In this document: one piece after another, positions 18,077 to 28,282 of the stretch | Numbering within the stretch: position 1 is the stretch's first letter | Layout of the letters: every line of letters begins with the position of its first letter | Assembly (NCBI GenBank): GCA_963665835.2 | Contig: CAXXWJ010000001.1 | Span: 1,725,032 to 1,789,031, forward strand | Direction of reading: 5' to 3' | Length of the DNA: 64,000 nucleotides | DNA from: Syntrophales bacterium | GTDB lineage: Bacteria; Desulfobacterota; Syntrophia; Syntrophales; UBA2210 | Translations under genes and position numbers: made by a program | The notes under the pieces: generated by a model | Database searches by the model: none | The model's input: only the letters and a program-made list of their open reading frames with translations | Told to the model about the DNA's origin: nothing

Positions 18077-18469
18077 GCAGTTATGTCGGGGTATACAATT
18101 TTAATAGGATTTTCCCGTCGAGACTGGCCCCTTAATTATGGGCGCGTCGCTCACTTTTCTTCCAGCAGAACCACCTGTAATTTCGTCAATTTTGGCATAT
18201 TGACTGCGCTTGCAAAACCTGAAAATTCTTTTAGGAGAAAAACGACCATTACTATTTGGAAGGCTATCCCCTGAAGCCCTTTTTCTAGAGGCTGGAAAGG
18301 GTTTTTAAAGCGTAAAATCCGCATCTTTGGGTTTTGGTATGGGTCAGTATATGGACTCTTATGCAGAAAAAACAATGGCCATATTTGATCCATCTTCTAA
18401 GCGCCATAAATCGCTGCGGCTGCCAGGCCGAGGCGCATAAATGCATGCCGCACAGGGAAGAGCGATTCC

Positions 18470-20251
18470 TTATTGGGTCTTGTGGGGCTTTTGCTTCCCC
18501 GTCTGTCGCGGTATCCCGTTGAATCCCTCCCAGAGCCCAAGCAGAAACTGGGCAGCATTGACGCCCAGTGACCGGGTTCGGTAGCCTCCCTCTTGGACGA
18601 TTATTGTTGGTAGGTTAAGAGAGCCTATGCTGTAGCCGTTCTCGTAGAACTCTCTCGCCGAGAGGTTCCAGGTCCCCGTGGGGTCACCCCGTGAGGTATC
18701 AAGTCCGAAGGCGATAATGAGGAAGCGTGGTTGAAACCGTTCTACCCTCTTTAGGGCCTTGTCGAGCGTCTTTTCATAGGTCGCTCCGCTCACCTTTTCG
18801 GGTAGTGCATAGTTGACGTTGTAGCCCCGCCCCGATCCTTCGCCCCTTTCTTTTGGGAACCCGCTGAAATAGGGGTAGGCGAAATGTGGGTGTCCGTGTA
18901 TCGATATTGTCAGGACGTCGGGCCGCTCGTAGAAGATCTCCTGCGTTCCGTTCCCGTGGTGATAATCGATGTCGAGGATGGCCAGTCTTCCGTAGGTGCT
19001 TAGAAAGTGAGCCGCTACAGCGGCGGAGTTGAAGTAGCAGAACCCCCCAAAGGAGCTACGTTCCGCGTGGTGTCCAGGCGGGCGGACCAGGGCGTAGGCG
19101 AGGCGGTACCCCTCCAGGATAGCCTCGGCCGCCGTCAGTGTACAGTCGACAGCGCGCTTGGCCGCCAGGTAGGCGTTCTTGTTCAGTGGAGTGAAGGTGT
19201 CGATGCAGTAGTACCCGGCCCGCACGGGCATTTCCTTGGGTGGGCGAGCGTTATTGCGGATTGGAAAAACGTAGGGGTATATCGACTTTCCAGCCTTTAG
19301 CAGGGAGCACATCCGCTTGAAGTATTCCACATAGTGGCTGTTGTGAACGGCCTTAATGTGCTTCTCGGGAAAATGGCGGGGCTTCATTGGTTCGAAGAGG
19401 TCAAGGTTTCTGATCCCTTCGAGGATTCGCTCGATCCGAACCGGGGCCTCTACATACCCCCGTTCATGAATGTGGTGAATATCGTGTTTATCGTTGACCA
19501 CCAGGGCGATACGCCTTTCTATTGATCTCGTGGTATGGACAGCGACAGCGGGGTGGCTCCTGGTGTATCTCGGCGGACGGAGCCGGACCGGATCATCTGT
19601 GACAGAGGATAACACCATATCTATATATCCGGGAGGACAGCAAGTACCATACTTTCTCATGAGGATGGCTTGTATAATCCTCCGAAGGAGCTCCGCTGAG
19701 ATGGGTGCTTCCCTTCCCAGTGGGTCGAATACCAGATAGGGAGGGCAGTCGTCTCCCGGCCTGAAGGGGGTCTCGTAGGCGGTGTTGATTACGGGGTAGG
19801 CCCCGTACTGTTCGTAGAACCGCAGTCGTTTTCTACTCTGGGCCAGTTCCTTCTCGTTTTTGCAAAGTCTGGGGTCGTCGGGCAGGCACTCGAAAAAAAG
19901 GCCTGTATTGCTCAGAGCGGACGCTTCTTCCCGAACCCTGTCGTAGAGGGCGCCGCCAACCCCGCGGCCAGGCCGGGTTGCATCGATAGATATATAATCT
20001 AGATAGCAGAACCCCACGTCGGGGGCGTGCTGAAGGAGAGCAAAGCCCTTTACGTCGCCGCGCTGGCCGTCCGCTACGAAGAGGATTGACTTGAAACGGA
20101 ACTTCATCGGATTGCCTAGCTGGAGGGGAAGCTTGGCTATATCCTGCTCGTCGAGGGCGGAAAACTGGCTCCTCAGTATGGCCTGTACTTGGACGACCGC
20201 TTCGCGGTCGCGGGGAAGAGTATCGTCATATATGCGTCTGATACGAAACAC
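18470..20251 (-). CDS. GNAT acetyltransferase fused to histone-deacetylase-family (arginase-fold) deacetylase
   Basis: The N-terminal ~170 aa are GNAT-like (RPGRGVGGALYDRV). The C-terminal ~330 aa carry HDAC motifs (RPPGHHA, GFCYFN, DIDYHHGNGTQ, GLD). Confidence 0.8.
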   Translation of the reverse strand: MFRIRRIYDDTLPRDREAVVQVQAILRSQFSALDEQDIAKLPLQLGNPMKFRFKSILFVADGQRGDVKGFALLQHAPDVGFCYLDYISIDATRPGRGVGGALYDRVREEASALSNTGLFFECLPDDPRLCKNEKELAQSRKRLRFYEQYGAYPVINTAYETPFRPGDDCPPYLVFDPLGREAPISAELLRRIIQAILMRKYGTCCPPGYIDMVLSSVTDDPVRLRPPRYTRSHPAVAVHTTRSIERRIALVVNDKHDIHHIHERGYVEAPVRIERILEGIRNLDLFEPMKPRHFPEKHIKAVHNSHYVEYFKRMCSLLKAGKSIYPYVFPIRNNARPPKEMPVRAGYYCIDTFTPLNKNAYLAAKRAVDCTLTAAEAILEGYRLAYALVRPPGHHAERSSFGGFCYFNSAAVAAHFLSTYGRLAILDIDYHHGNGTQEIFYERPDVLTISIHGHPHFAYPYFSGFPKERGEGSGRGYNVNYALPEKVSGATYEKTLDKALKRVERFQPRFLIIAFGLDTSRGDPTGTWNLSAREFYENGYSIGSLNLPTIIVQEGGYRTRSLGVNAAQFLLGLWEGFNGIPRQTGKQKPHKTQ

Positions 20252-20488
20252 CGGGAGGCACCTCCTGTCTTATATGGCAACTCTGGGATGAATGATATCA
20301 CAATCCCACGGGTGAGCGACACCGTTTGTTTAGAGAGGAAGTATAGGGTGACTTGACTATTTCTTTTGAACCTCTTTAGTTAAGGATTACAAGCGGAAGT
20401 CCATAATTTTTTTCACCCTTGATTTTCTAAACTTTAAGGAAATGTGTCTAAATCCAGTGCCTGTTGACCATGGTTGACAGGCATTTTT

Positions 20489-21571
20489 TTAATTACTTTT
20501 AGATTCCAGAAAATCCCTTACGGCCTTGTAGAACCGGGTGTTTGATTTCTCAAAAAAGATGTAATGTCCACCTTCCGGTATCTCTACATATTTTTTGACT
20601 TTGCTTCCCAACAGCTCTACCAGCTTTTTATTATTCTCCGTCGTTGTCGAAGAATCGCAGCTGGAGCGTATTACCAGAGTCGGAACGGTTATTTTAGAAG
20701 GATCAAACTGAACATCGGCCAGGAAGATGTCCGAGATAGGACCCGTGGGAAACCTGTATTTGCCGCCCAGTTCAGCCGATTTCGGATCTGATGCCAATAT
20801 TGACTCTCGGAACGACTCAAAAGCGCCTGGACGGAGGTTTTCCAACTTTGTGCCTGATCCCGCCCAGCCCTCTGTGGATGGCATGAGGGAAATAGCTTTC
20901 ATCTTCTTCATCGACATGCCTTGCTGCCTGACCTTTTTGTCACGGTCTCCGTACTGTCCTGCAAAGAGAACTAGCTTTCCCACTTTATCAGGATTTTGAA
21001 TCGTGTACGTCGGAGTCACCAGGATAGCCCCAAAAGACCATCCAAATAGATTCACTTTCCTCACCCCCCTAAGATTGCAGATGAAGTCGACAACCCGTGC
21101 CAAATCGCTCACTGCTACGTTCGTAGTTGTAGGTGTTTCCTCCGGATACAGGGATGGATTATCCATGACCGGAGAAAAGGAGGACAAGCCAAAATTCTCA
21201 TAATCCAAAGTGAAGACGTCCCAGCCGGCCTGGGCAAAATAGCGCATCATGGAACAATCCTCGCACCCTCCGTCAAACCCGATGTATCCGGCCGTTGCAG
21301 CACCATGCGCCAGCACCAGAATCTTGTCTTCTGCCGGAGCCGTAAGTTCTTTGCCCTCCATAACTACTTCACGGACATGAATCAGAACAGAGGGATTAAG
21401 ATTTTTAGCTTGATATACAGTCTCAACGCTCTGGTGATTGATAAAATAATTGTTGGTGGACAAGTCCCCGGCAAATGTCTGAGAAAAAGGAATGATAAAA
21501 AATCCTATTGATATTATGATTTTCAACCATCCAAACCGGCCACCCTTTTTTCTGTCTGACTTCTGGACCAT
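20489..21571 (-). CDS. Alpha/beta-fold hydrolase with N-terminal membrane anchor/signal
   Basis: Nucleophile elbow GWSFG, an HGAATAG oxyanion-type segment, C-terminal GGHYIFFE, and an N-terminal hydrophobic helix. Confidence 0.75.
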   Translation of the reverse strand: MVQKSDRKKGGRFGWLKIIISIGFFIIPFSQTFAGDLSTNNYFINHQSVETVYQAKNLNPSVLIHVREVVMEGKELTAPAEDKILVLAHGAATAGYIGFDGGCEDCSMMRYFAQAGWDVFTLDYENFGLSSFSPVMDNPSLYPEETPTTTNVAVSDLARVVDFICNLRGVRKVNLFGWSFGAILVTPTYTIQNPDKVGKLVLFAGQYGDRDKKVRQQGMSMKKMKAISLMPSTEGWAGSGTKLENLRPGAFESFRESILASDPKSAELGGKYRFPTGPISDIFLADVQFDPSKITVPTLVIRSSCDSSTTTENNKKLVELLGSKVKKYVEIPEGGHYIFFEKSNTRFYKAVRDFLESKSN

Positions 21572-22187
21572 GGTATTTACCTGCTTTGCTAAAATAGATT
21601 GATAATCCTTTATTCTGAGATCGGAAACTCTATGGAATGAGAATTGTTATGTCAATAATAATTTATGCGAGGAAAGGGGAGAAAAGGCTTCGCCGTGGGG
21701 GAAGCGGCTTGTATCAATTCTTATTGTTTTTCTTACAGTTGAGAGTGTTATACCGTTGAGTACGGATATCAGCTGGTTTAATTAGTGAGCCGAATGTGAT
21801 TGCTGCGTTGTGACAATATCTATCGGTTCCAGTAGTAGCCGTGGTCTTAATAAAAAGAATCTCTATTCATTTTGTACTGAAACAGAACATCTCTTTGGAA
21901 AATTTCAGATGCTCAATTCATGGAGCAAAGCGGTGCCTAATATTCGGTAAAAAGAAAGGCCTCGCTGATAAAACCGACAGCTTTCCCTGGCATGCGCATA
22001 ATAAAAACTCTATCCATATCTTCAAACATTGTTTTTTCCGTTAGGAACGGGGGAACTAAGATGGCAACTAGCATTGCTATTCAGTCTCATTTGCTGACGC
22101 CGCTTATCCTCAGTTTCTGTCCATAAGGATCCTTTGCTACACAAGATCCGGTTCTACGTAATGCGTTCCTGGTTGGTGAGGCAAAGG

Positions 22188-23792
22188 CTATTCCCCGTTT
22201 ATCGTTGCGGTCTCATCTTCAAGATACTCGTCGAATCCCATCATCCTGTCTATGGCTCCCGAAGGCGTTATCTCAACGACCCTGTTCGCCACCGTTGAGG
22301 CAAACTCGCGATCGCGGGAGGAAAAGAGAATAACCTCCGGGAAGGCGATCAGTCCATTGTTCAATGCTATTATTGATTCCATATCCAGGTGGTCGGTCGG
22401 TTCGTCAAGAATGAGGACGTTGGCGCCGGAGAGCATGGTCTTGGCTAGCATGCAGCGGACACGCTCACCTCCGGACAGGACCGAGATCTTTTTCATCGCC
22501 TCTTCTCCCGAGAATAGCATTTTCCCGAGAAATCCTCTGGCAAAGCTCTCATTCCCGGCCTCTATGGAGAATTGGGCGAGCCATTCCAGGAGGTTCAGGT
22601 CCTTATGGAAGTAGCTGCTGTTATCCTTGGGGAAATAGGAGGCGCTGATGGTAACGCCCCAGAGGACGCTTCCACTGTCCGGTTCAATTTCTCCGGCCAG
22701 GATCTGAAAAAGGGTGGTTTTGGCCAGACTGTCCCCTCCGACAAAGGCAATCTTGTCTCGCTTGTTGACGGTCAGGTTGATGTTGTTCAGGATGGGAGTC
22801 CCGTTTATTTCCTTAGATATTCCCTTTAGTTCCAAGATTATATCACCGCAAGGTCGCTCGGGTTTGAAGACGATGAAGGGGTATTTCCTTGAGGAAATTG
22901 GCATATCATCGATGGTAAGTTTTTCCAGTAGCTTTTTCCTGGACGTTGCCTGCTTCGCCTTCGAGGCATTGGAGCTGAATCGCTGGATGAATTCTTTCAG
23001 CTCGTTGGCCTTGTTGGTTATCTTTTTGTTTTCGTTCTCTCTTTGCTTCAGGTGCAGCTGGCTCGCCTGGTACCAGAAATCGTAGTTGCCAACGTATACC
23101 TGTATAAGTCCGAAATCTATGTCTGCCACATGAGTACAGACCTGGTTTAGAAAGCGACGGTCGTGAGAGACGATGATGACAGTGTTGTCGAAGCGGGATA
23201 GAAACTCCTCAAGCCAGGCTATGGACTTGATGTCCAGATGGTTGGTCGGCTCATCCAGGAGGAGGATGTCCGGGTTGCCAAATAGCGCCTTGGCTAGAAG
23301 GACCCTGACTTTATCGTTTCCATCAAGCTCCTTCATTTTTTTCTCCCGCAGTTCCTCCGGTATGCCGAGGCCGCTTAAAAGTGTCGCTGCCTCAGATTCT
23401 GCCTCATAGCCGTTAAGCTCACCAAATTCACCTTCCAGTTCGGCACAGCGTATGCCGTCTTCCTCTGAAAACTCGGTTTTGGCGTAGATCGCCGTCCGCT
23501 CAACCATTAACTCGTAAAGCCGTTCATGTCCCATTATGACTGTGTTCGATACGGTTTCTTCGTCAAAGGCAAACTGGTTCTGGCTGAGAACTGCAATCCG
23601 TTCCCCTGAACTGACGGAAATAGTGCCGCGGTCCGGCTCGATCTCGCCTGCTAGTATCTTCAGGAAGGTGGACTTACCCGAGCCGTTTGCCCCTATTAAT
23701 CCATAGCAATTTCCGGGGGTGAATTTTATGTTGACGTCTTTGAAGATGACCCTCTTGCCATATGAGAGGGCGATATTGGATGCGTTAATCAT
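22188..23792 (-). CDS. ABC-F family ATPase (YbiT-like)
   Basis: Two ABC cassettes (GANGSGKST..LLLDEPTNHLD; second with LSGGERVR..LILDEPTDHLD) joined by a charged linker. Start set at MINASNIALSYG, because the longer TTG start at 23846 abuts the csp terminator. Confidence 0.88.
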   Translation of the reverse strand: MINASNIALSYGKRVIFKDVNIKFTPGNCYGLIGANGSGKSTFLKILAGEIEPDRGTISVSSGERIAVLSQNQFAFDEETVSNTVIMGHERLYELMVERTAIYAKTEFSEEDGIRCAELEGEFGELNGYEAESEAATLLSGLGIPEELREKKMKELDGNDKVRVLLAKALFGNPDILLLDEPTNHLDIKSIAWLEEFLSRFDNTVIIVSHDRRFLNQVCTHVADIDFGLIQVYVGNYDFWYQASQLHLKQRENENKKITNKANELKEFIQRFSSNASKAKQATSRKKLLEKLTIDDMPISSRKYPFIVFKPERPCGDIILELKGISKEINGTPILNNINLTVNKRDKIAFVGGDSLAKTTLFQILAGEIEPDSGSVLWGVTISASYFPKDNSSYFHKDLNLLEWLAQFSIEAGNESFARGFLGKMLFSGEEAMKKISVLSGGERVRCMLAKTMLSGANVLILDEPTDHLDMESIIALNNGLIAFPEVILFSSRDREFASTVANRVVEITPSGAIDRMMGFDEYLEDETATINGE

Positions 23793-23845
23793 GTTTTGAT
23801 ACCTGCGGTCTGGGTGTTTTTCTTTTTTTATTGCTGTTTTCGGCA

Positions 23846-23876
23846 ATAAAAAAGCCCCCCCTGCAGGGGAGGCTTT
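23846..23876 (-). terminator. Intrinsic terminator downstream of csp
   Basis: On the minus strand, AAGCCTCCCCTGCAGGGGGGCTT is followed by TTTTTATT. Confidence 0.7.
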
Positions 23877-23904
23877 CTTAGTGTCATGGATAATGATTCA
23901 GGTC

Positions 23905-24105
23905 TTACAGCTTGCGAACATTCTCCGCGGCAGGACCTTTGGCGCCGGCAACAACGTCGAAGCTTACCCTCTCACCCTCGGACAGTGATTTGAAACCATC
24001 TGCCTGAATTGCGGAATGATGCACAAAAACATCCTTGCCACCGTCTTGCTCAATAAAGCCAAAACCCTTTGAATCGTTAAACCATTTTACTGTTCCTTCT
24101 GACAT
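23905..24105 (-). CDS. csp: Cold-shock protein (CspA family)
   Basis: [15 protein letters not shown] (RNP1) and VFVHHSAI (RNP2); 66 aa. Confidence 0.95.
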   Translation of the reverse strand: MSEGTVKWFNDSKGFGFIEQDGGKDVFVHHSAIQADGFKSLSEGERVSFDVVAGAKGPAAENVRKL

Positions 24106-24417
24106 CTTTACTACTCCTTTTTACGGGGACCCTTCAAAGTCCCCCTTATAATATTGTCGAACTATTCGACTTGCAGTTTTTTTGCGTATAAACAAAAAAC
24201 CGCACATTCCTTGATCTGGTATGTGCGGTTACTTTTTCGTAATTTGTCAACTACAATATATACTGCACTTATTGGATGCGGACTATAGATGAATCTTTTT
24301 ATGAATGCAAGCTTTATTTTACACCATTATTGAAAAATATGGTTACACTTTGTCTGTTTCGGTGTAGTATGCCCCGATTAACCTTGGTAAAATGGCCTTG
24401 AACAAGGAGCGTTGAAC

Positions 24418-24771
24418 ATGCGCAGAATAAAAACTCTATCTATCTTAGCAGTCGTTTCTATTTTTTTGTCTATTTCCTGTATCTTTTCGGTAGCCTTGGC
24501 GGAGTTGAGAGGAGACTGCCCTAATCTATCTACCCAAGGCAAAGGCATTGAGGTTTATATGAAGGGGGACTCTCCGGATCGTGATACGCGTACGGTGGGC
24601 AGGGTTTCCGCCAGCTCATGCGCTGTGGAAAGCGCAATGGATTTGCTGAAGAATCAGGCAAGAAAACTGGGGGGCGACGCGATAGTCAATGTCCAGACCG
24701 AGTGCAAGTCCAGCCCCGGTAGTTCGCAGGACCTGTATTTTCTCAAGGGTGAAGTGGTTGTGTGGGAGTAG
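24418..24771 (+). CDS. Small secreted hypothetical protein
   Basis: AAGGAG lies 8 nt before the ATG at 24418. It has a signal-like N-terminus. The C-terminal GGDAIVNV segment is reminiscent of YbjQ/DUF74-type domains, but the similarity is weak. Confidence 0.55.
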   Translation: MRRIKTLSILAVVSIFLSISCIFSVALAELRGDCPNLSTQGKGIEVYMKGDSPDRDTRTVGRVSASSCAVESAMDLLKNQARKLGGDAIVNVQTECKSSPGSSQDLYFLKGEVVVWE

Positions 24772-24974
24772 CTTTGATATGGCGGTTATAATTTTTGAGC
24801 AATGTTTAGTTTCGCCAAGAATCAGAAGTAGAAGCCTTTCCGCCCTTCTCGCTTATGCCTGAAAACTTCTTGCCTTTTGCAGGGCGATTTCTGCCCGCAA
24901 GCTTAATTTGACAGTTGCAACTGGTTGTTATAAAAGGGTCCAGTATAACTTGTCCCTGAAGAAGGTGTCCACGG

Positions 24975-27900
24975 GTGACTATCAAAAAGAAGATTGCGGC
25001 CACAGCTTTAATCTCCATAATCACGATCCTGGCGCTTTTTGCGTCTGCCTGGTTTCTGGTTTCCTACAAGCTTTCCCATCTGGATACGTACAAGGAATCC
25101 ATCACAAGAATTATTGGAAAAAGTCTAAACAGGGATATCGATTTTGGAACCTGCGAAGGTACACTGACCTTCCGCAATGGTCTGGCTTTTAATTGCTCAA
25201 ATGTGGTGATTGGAGAAAGTGATGGCTCTTCGGGTTTTCTGAATATTAAGAATCTCTCTTTCGGTGTGAATATTCTTCATCTTCTCATAAATCGTCTTGA
25301 TTTCAGCGAGGTTTTTCTCGATCAGCCCCATTTGTCTTTAAGGCGGGATCGCCAAGGGCTTATGAATATCGGCGATTTCATTGTTAAGAAGGATAAAGAG
25401 ACTGCTGTGGCGGTTCGAGGGATCACAATCGAGGGAGGAGTTGTTACTTTCCTGGACCAGGCCGCAGGCGATAGAGATATCTTAACATCGCTGGATGATA
25501 TCTATTGTATCATCGATTTGCCTTTAGAGGGTAATATCTCCCGCTTCCGTATTAAGGCCAGCATAATCGAAGATAATAATAAAGCGCAGCTTTCGCTCGA
25601 CGGTGTTTTGGGCTTATCCCTTTTACAGCCGCTGCATGAAAGTACCGTTACGGCATCTATAAGGCTGAAAGGCGTTGATATAAATCATTATTATCCATAC
25701 CTTAAAGGTCTGGTATCCATAGAACAGCTGGCGGGAAACATCGATGTGGATGGGACTTTTTCAGGGAAGATTTCGGATTTTACATCGAAAGGAAACTTAA
25801 CAATAAGGAATGGCCAACTCAGTTATTCAAAGGTTTTCAACGGCAACCTCAGCCCTGGGATTGTCGAACTTGCCTGCGAATTAAGACGAGAGCCCAGCAG
25901 TATTAAAATAGATATCAGCCGTGTTGCGGTAGATAGCTTTGAAGCCAACGGGCATTTTGCTATTTATGAAATGGACAAGTCAGATCCTCTGCTGGAGGCA
26001 TCGGCAGTTACCTCGAATTTTTATCTTAGAGAGGTGCGATCCTATGTTCCATGGAAGATAATAGAAGACGATGTGTCTAAATTTATACAGACTTATATCA
26101 AGGACGGTGACCTTAAACTGGTGGAGGGAACGCTGAAGGGAAGATTGAGTCAGATAGCCGACATGAACGGCAGTGGCAACGGCGGGGTTCTTTATATCCG
26201 GGGGGAAGTGAAAGAAGGAATCTTCGATACTGGCAGCTCTGTACCTCTTTTCCATGATTTCTCCGGAATTCTGGAATTGGAAAACAGGAGTTTTTCTCTG
26301 AAACAGATTAAGGGATTTTTTGGCTTTTCCCCCTTTACCATGGAGGGCAGCATCTCCGATTTTGCCCTGCCGGGACCCGTTACCTACACCTCCGAAATGG
26401 AAATCCAGCCTGCCCGCGATGAAATTTTATGGCTTTTGGGAAAAGAAGAGTTCAACAGCCTTGCCTTCGAAGGATCGTCGGTCCTTATTCTGTCAGGAAA
26501 GGGCACAGATGAAGAATTTCAGATAACCGCAGACTGGGATTTGACTCCTGCCAGCTATCTTTATCCCGACGTAATCGAAAAGCCCATTGAAAGAAATAAT
26601 CATATCAGGGCAAAGTTGGTCATAAAAAAAGATGCCATAGATATACCTTCCTTCAATTATGATGTGCCGCCATTGAATTTGAGCGGATTGGCCATTTTTA
26701 GTTTTTCCGGAGAAAAATATTCGTCTTTTACTATCCGTTCAGAGGCCTTCGGTATTCCGGAAGTCCTTCCCCTTTTTCCGGTTATCAGGGCTTTTAATCC
26801 GGAGGGAACCTGTATGCTGGATCTTGCCGGTAAGGGTTATCTAAACAACCCCGATTCAATTAAATTTGAGGGAGGGGTTTCTCTGGAAGGTGTCTCTTTT
26901 CAGCCATCTGGCAAATTAAATTTCGTAAAAGGTTTAAATGGAGAGGTCGTCTTCAAGGGAAGCGGACTTGAGCTCTCTTTATTGAAGGCACAAATAGGAG
27001 AAAGTGACCTTCATGGCTGGCTCGGGATGGCGGATTTCAGAAAACCCGAATTTACCTGTCACTTTAATTCGGCTCTGCTCCGAACTGCGGATCTGGGGTT
27101 TAAAAGCCCGGAAGGCGAGGTCAATCTGCAGGATGTCAATGGCAAAGTCGCCATTGAAGACAAGAAGATTCATGTCGAAGCGCTTTCCTTTGGACTTAAT
27201 AAATCCACCTTCAATCTGTCCGGCGACATGATTGATTCTCCCGAACCTGAAATCACTCTGGAACTGACTTCACCTTATATAAATTCAAGCGATTTCAGTC
27301 GCCTTAAGGCCCTTAGGCTTTCCGAAAAAGAAGGGAAAGATCTCTTTGACGGTATTAAGCTGGAAATGGATTTACGTGTGGATGAGGGTGTTTTTAATGC
27401 CGTAGACCTGGAAAAGCTCAAGGCCAGATTCAAATATGACTCAGGAACGGTATATGTCGAAGGCATTCAAGCCGATTTGCTGGAAGGGACATTGAAGGCA
27501 AAGGGAACAGTGAATATCCATCGCGACGGGCATAACCATTATGAGGGGAATATCTCTGTAGAAGGCATATCGCTTGAACAGCTTCAGGATTATATGGAGA
27601 TGGGAACCCGAGAAATCAGCGGTTACTTATCCTTCGCCGGGGACCTGTCGGCAACGGGTAGCAGTATTGAGGACTGCAAGAAAACAGTGGCCGGGATGTT
27701 TGATATGCGGGCAGAAAAAGGGGTTCTCAAAAGATTCTCAGTCCTTTCCAAGATATTCTCTCTTCTGAATGTTTATCAATTGGTAAAGCTGCAACTGCCA
27801 GACATGGCAAAAGACGGGATGCCCTATGATTCCATAACCGGACAGATATCTGTAGCGAATGGTGTTTTTTCGTCGGAAAAGTTCCTGATAGAAAGCGACG

Positions 27901-28211
27901 CGATGCATATTTCGGGTGTTGGTAAAGCAGATTTTCTCAGAAAGGAGCTTAATTGTATTGTCGGCATACACCCCCTGCAGACAATCGACTTTATAGTATC
28001 AAAAATTCCCATTGCTGGATGGATTGTTACTGACGAGGAAGGAAACTTTATAACTGTCCACGTCAAGGTTGACGGAACATGGGATAATCCCAGTGTTGCC
28101 CCGATTACGGTCCAGTCGATCGGCAAAGGAACCCTGGATATATTCCGCCGCGTTTTTCAGTTGCCGGAAAAAATTATAACCGACCCCGGAAAGGTTATAT
28201 TGGGGCACTGA
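24975..28211 (+). CDS. AsmA/YhdP-family large envelope protein
   Basis: 1078 aa with an N-terminal TM anchor, long beta-rich repeats, and the conserved YhdP/AsmA-like C-terminus (GVLKRFSVLSKIFSLLNV...DGMPYDSITG...VDGTWDNP). GTG start. Confidence 0.75.
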   Translation: MTIKKKIAATALISIITILALFASAWFLVSYKLSHLDTYKESITRIIGKSLNRDIDFGTCEGTLTFRNGLAFNCSNVVIGESDGSSGFLNIKNLSFGVNILHLLINRLDFSEVFLDQPHLSLRRDRQGLMNIGDFIVKKDKETAVAVRGITIEGGVVTFLDQAAGDRDILTSLDDIYCIIDLPLEGNISRFRIKASIIEDNNKAQLSLDGVLGLSLLQPLHESTVTASIRLKGVDINHYYPYLKGLVSIEQLAGNIDVDGTFSGKISDFTSKGNLTIRNGQLSYSKVFNGNLSPGIVELACELRREPSSIKIDISRVAVDSFEANGHFAIYEMDKSDPLLEASAVTSNFYLREVRSYVPWKIIEDDVSKFIQTYIKDGDLKLVEGTLKGRLSQIADMNGSGNGGVLYIRGEVKEGIFDTGSSVPLFHDFSGILELENRSFSLKQIKGFFGFSPFTMEGSISDFALPGPVTYTSEMEIQPARDEILWLLGKEEFNSLAFEGSSVLILSGKGTDEEFQITADWDLTPASYLYPDVIEKPIERNNHIRAKLVIKKDAIDIPSFNYDVPPLNLSGLAIFSFSGEKYSSFTIRSEAFGIPEVLPLFPVIRAFNPEGTCMLDLAGKGYLNNPDSIKFEGGVSLEGVSFQPSGKLNFVKGLNGEVVFKGSGLELSLLKAQIGESDLHGWLGMADFRKPEFTCHFNSALLRTADLGFKSPEGEVNLQDVNGKVAIEDKKIHVEALSFGLNKSTFNLSGDMIDSPEPEITLELTSPYINSSDFSRLKALRLSEKEGKDLFDGIKLEMDLRVDEGVFNAVDLEKLKARFKYDSGTVYVEGIQADLLEGTLKAKGTVNIHRDGHNHYEGNISVEGISLEQLQDYMEMGTREISGYLSFAGDLSATGSSIEDCKKTVAGMFDMRAEKGVLKRFSVLSKIFSLLNVYQLVKLQLPDMAKDGMPYDSITGQISVANGVFSSEKFLIESDAMHISGVGKADFLRKELNCIVGIHPLQTIDFIVSKIPIAGWIVTDEEGNFITVHVKVDGTWDNPSVAPITVQSIGKGTLDIFRRVFQLPEKIITDPGKVILGH

Positions 28212-28282
28212 AAAGTATGCCTTCATAGATAGCTGCGGATATCTTGGTTTTTAAAACTTAAACAACTGGAAGTCACCTGCCC

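Noticed and set aside
21841-22044. A 67-aa ORF and a minus-strand 30-codon ORF (MFEDMDRVFIMRMPGK..) in the 600-bp gap between the hydrolase and ABC-F genes.
   Set aside because: They show no ribosome-binding site, motif or conservation clue. The gap is probably promoter/leader DNA or gene debris.
24196-24232. The hairpin AACCGCACAT..ATGTGCGGTT is flanked by A- and T-runs, upstream of the csp gene. It could be a terminator or a cold-shock 5'-UTR element.
   Set aside because: No convergent gene ends here. Without transcript ends I cannot tell a bidirectional terminator from a UTR structure, so it is not annotated.
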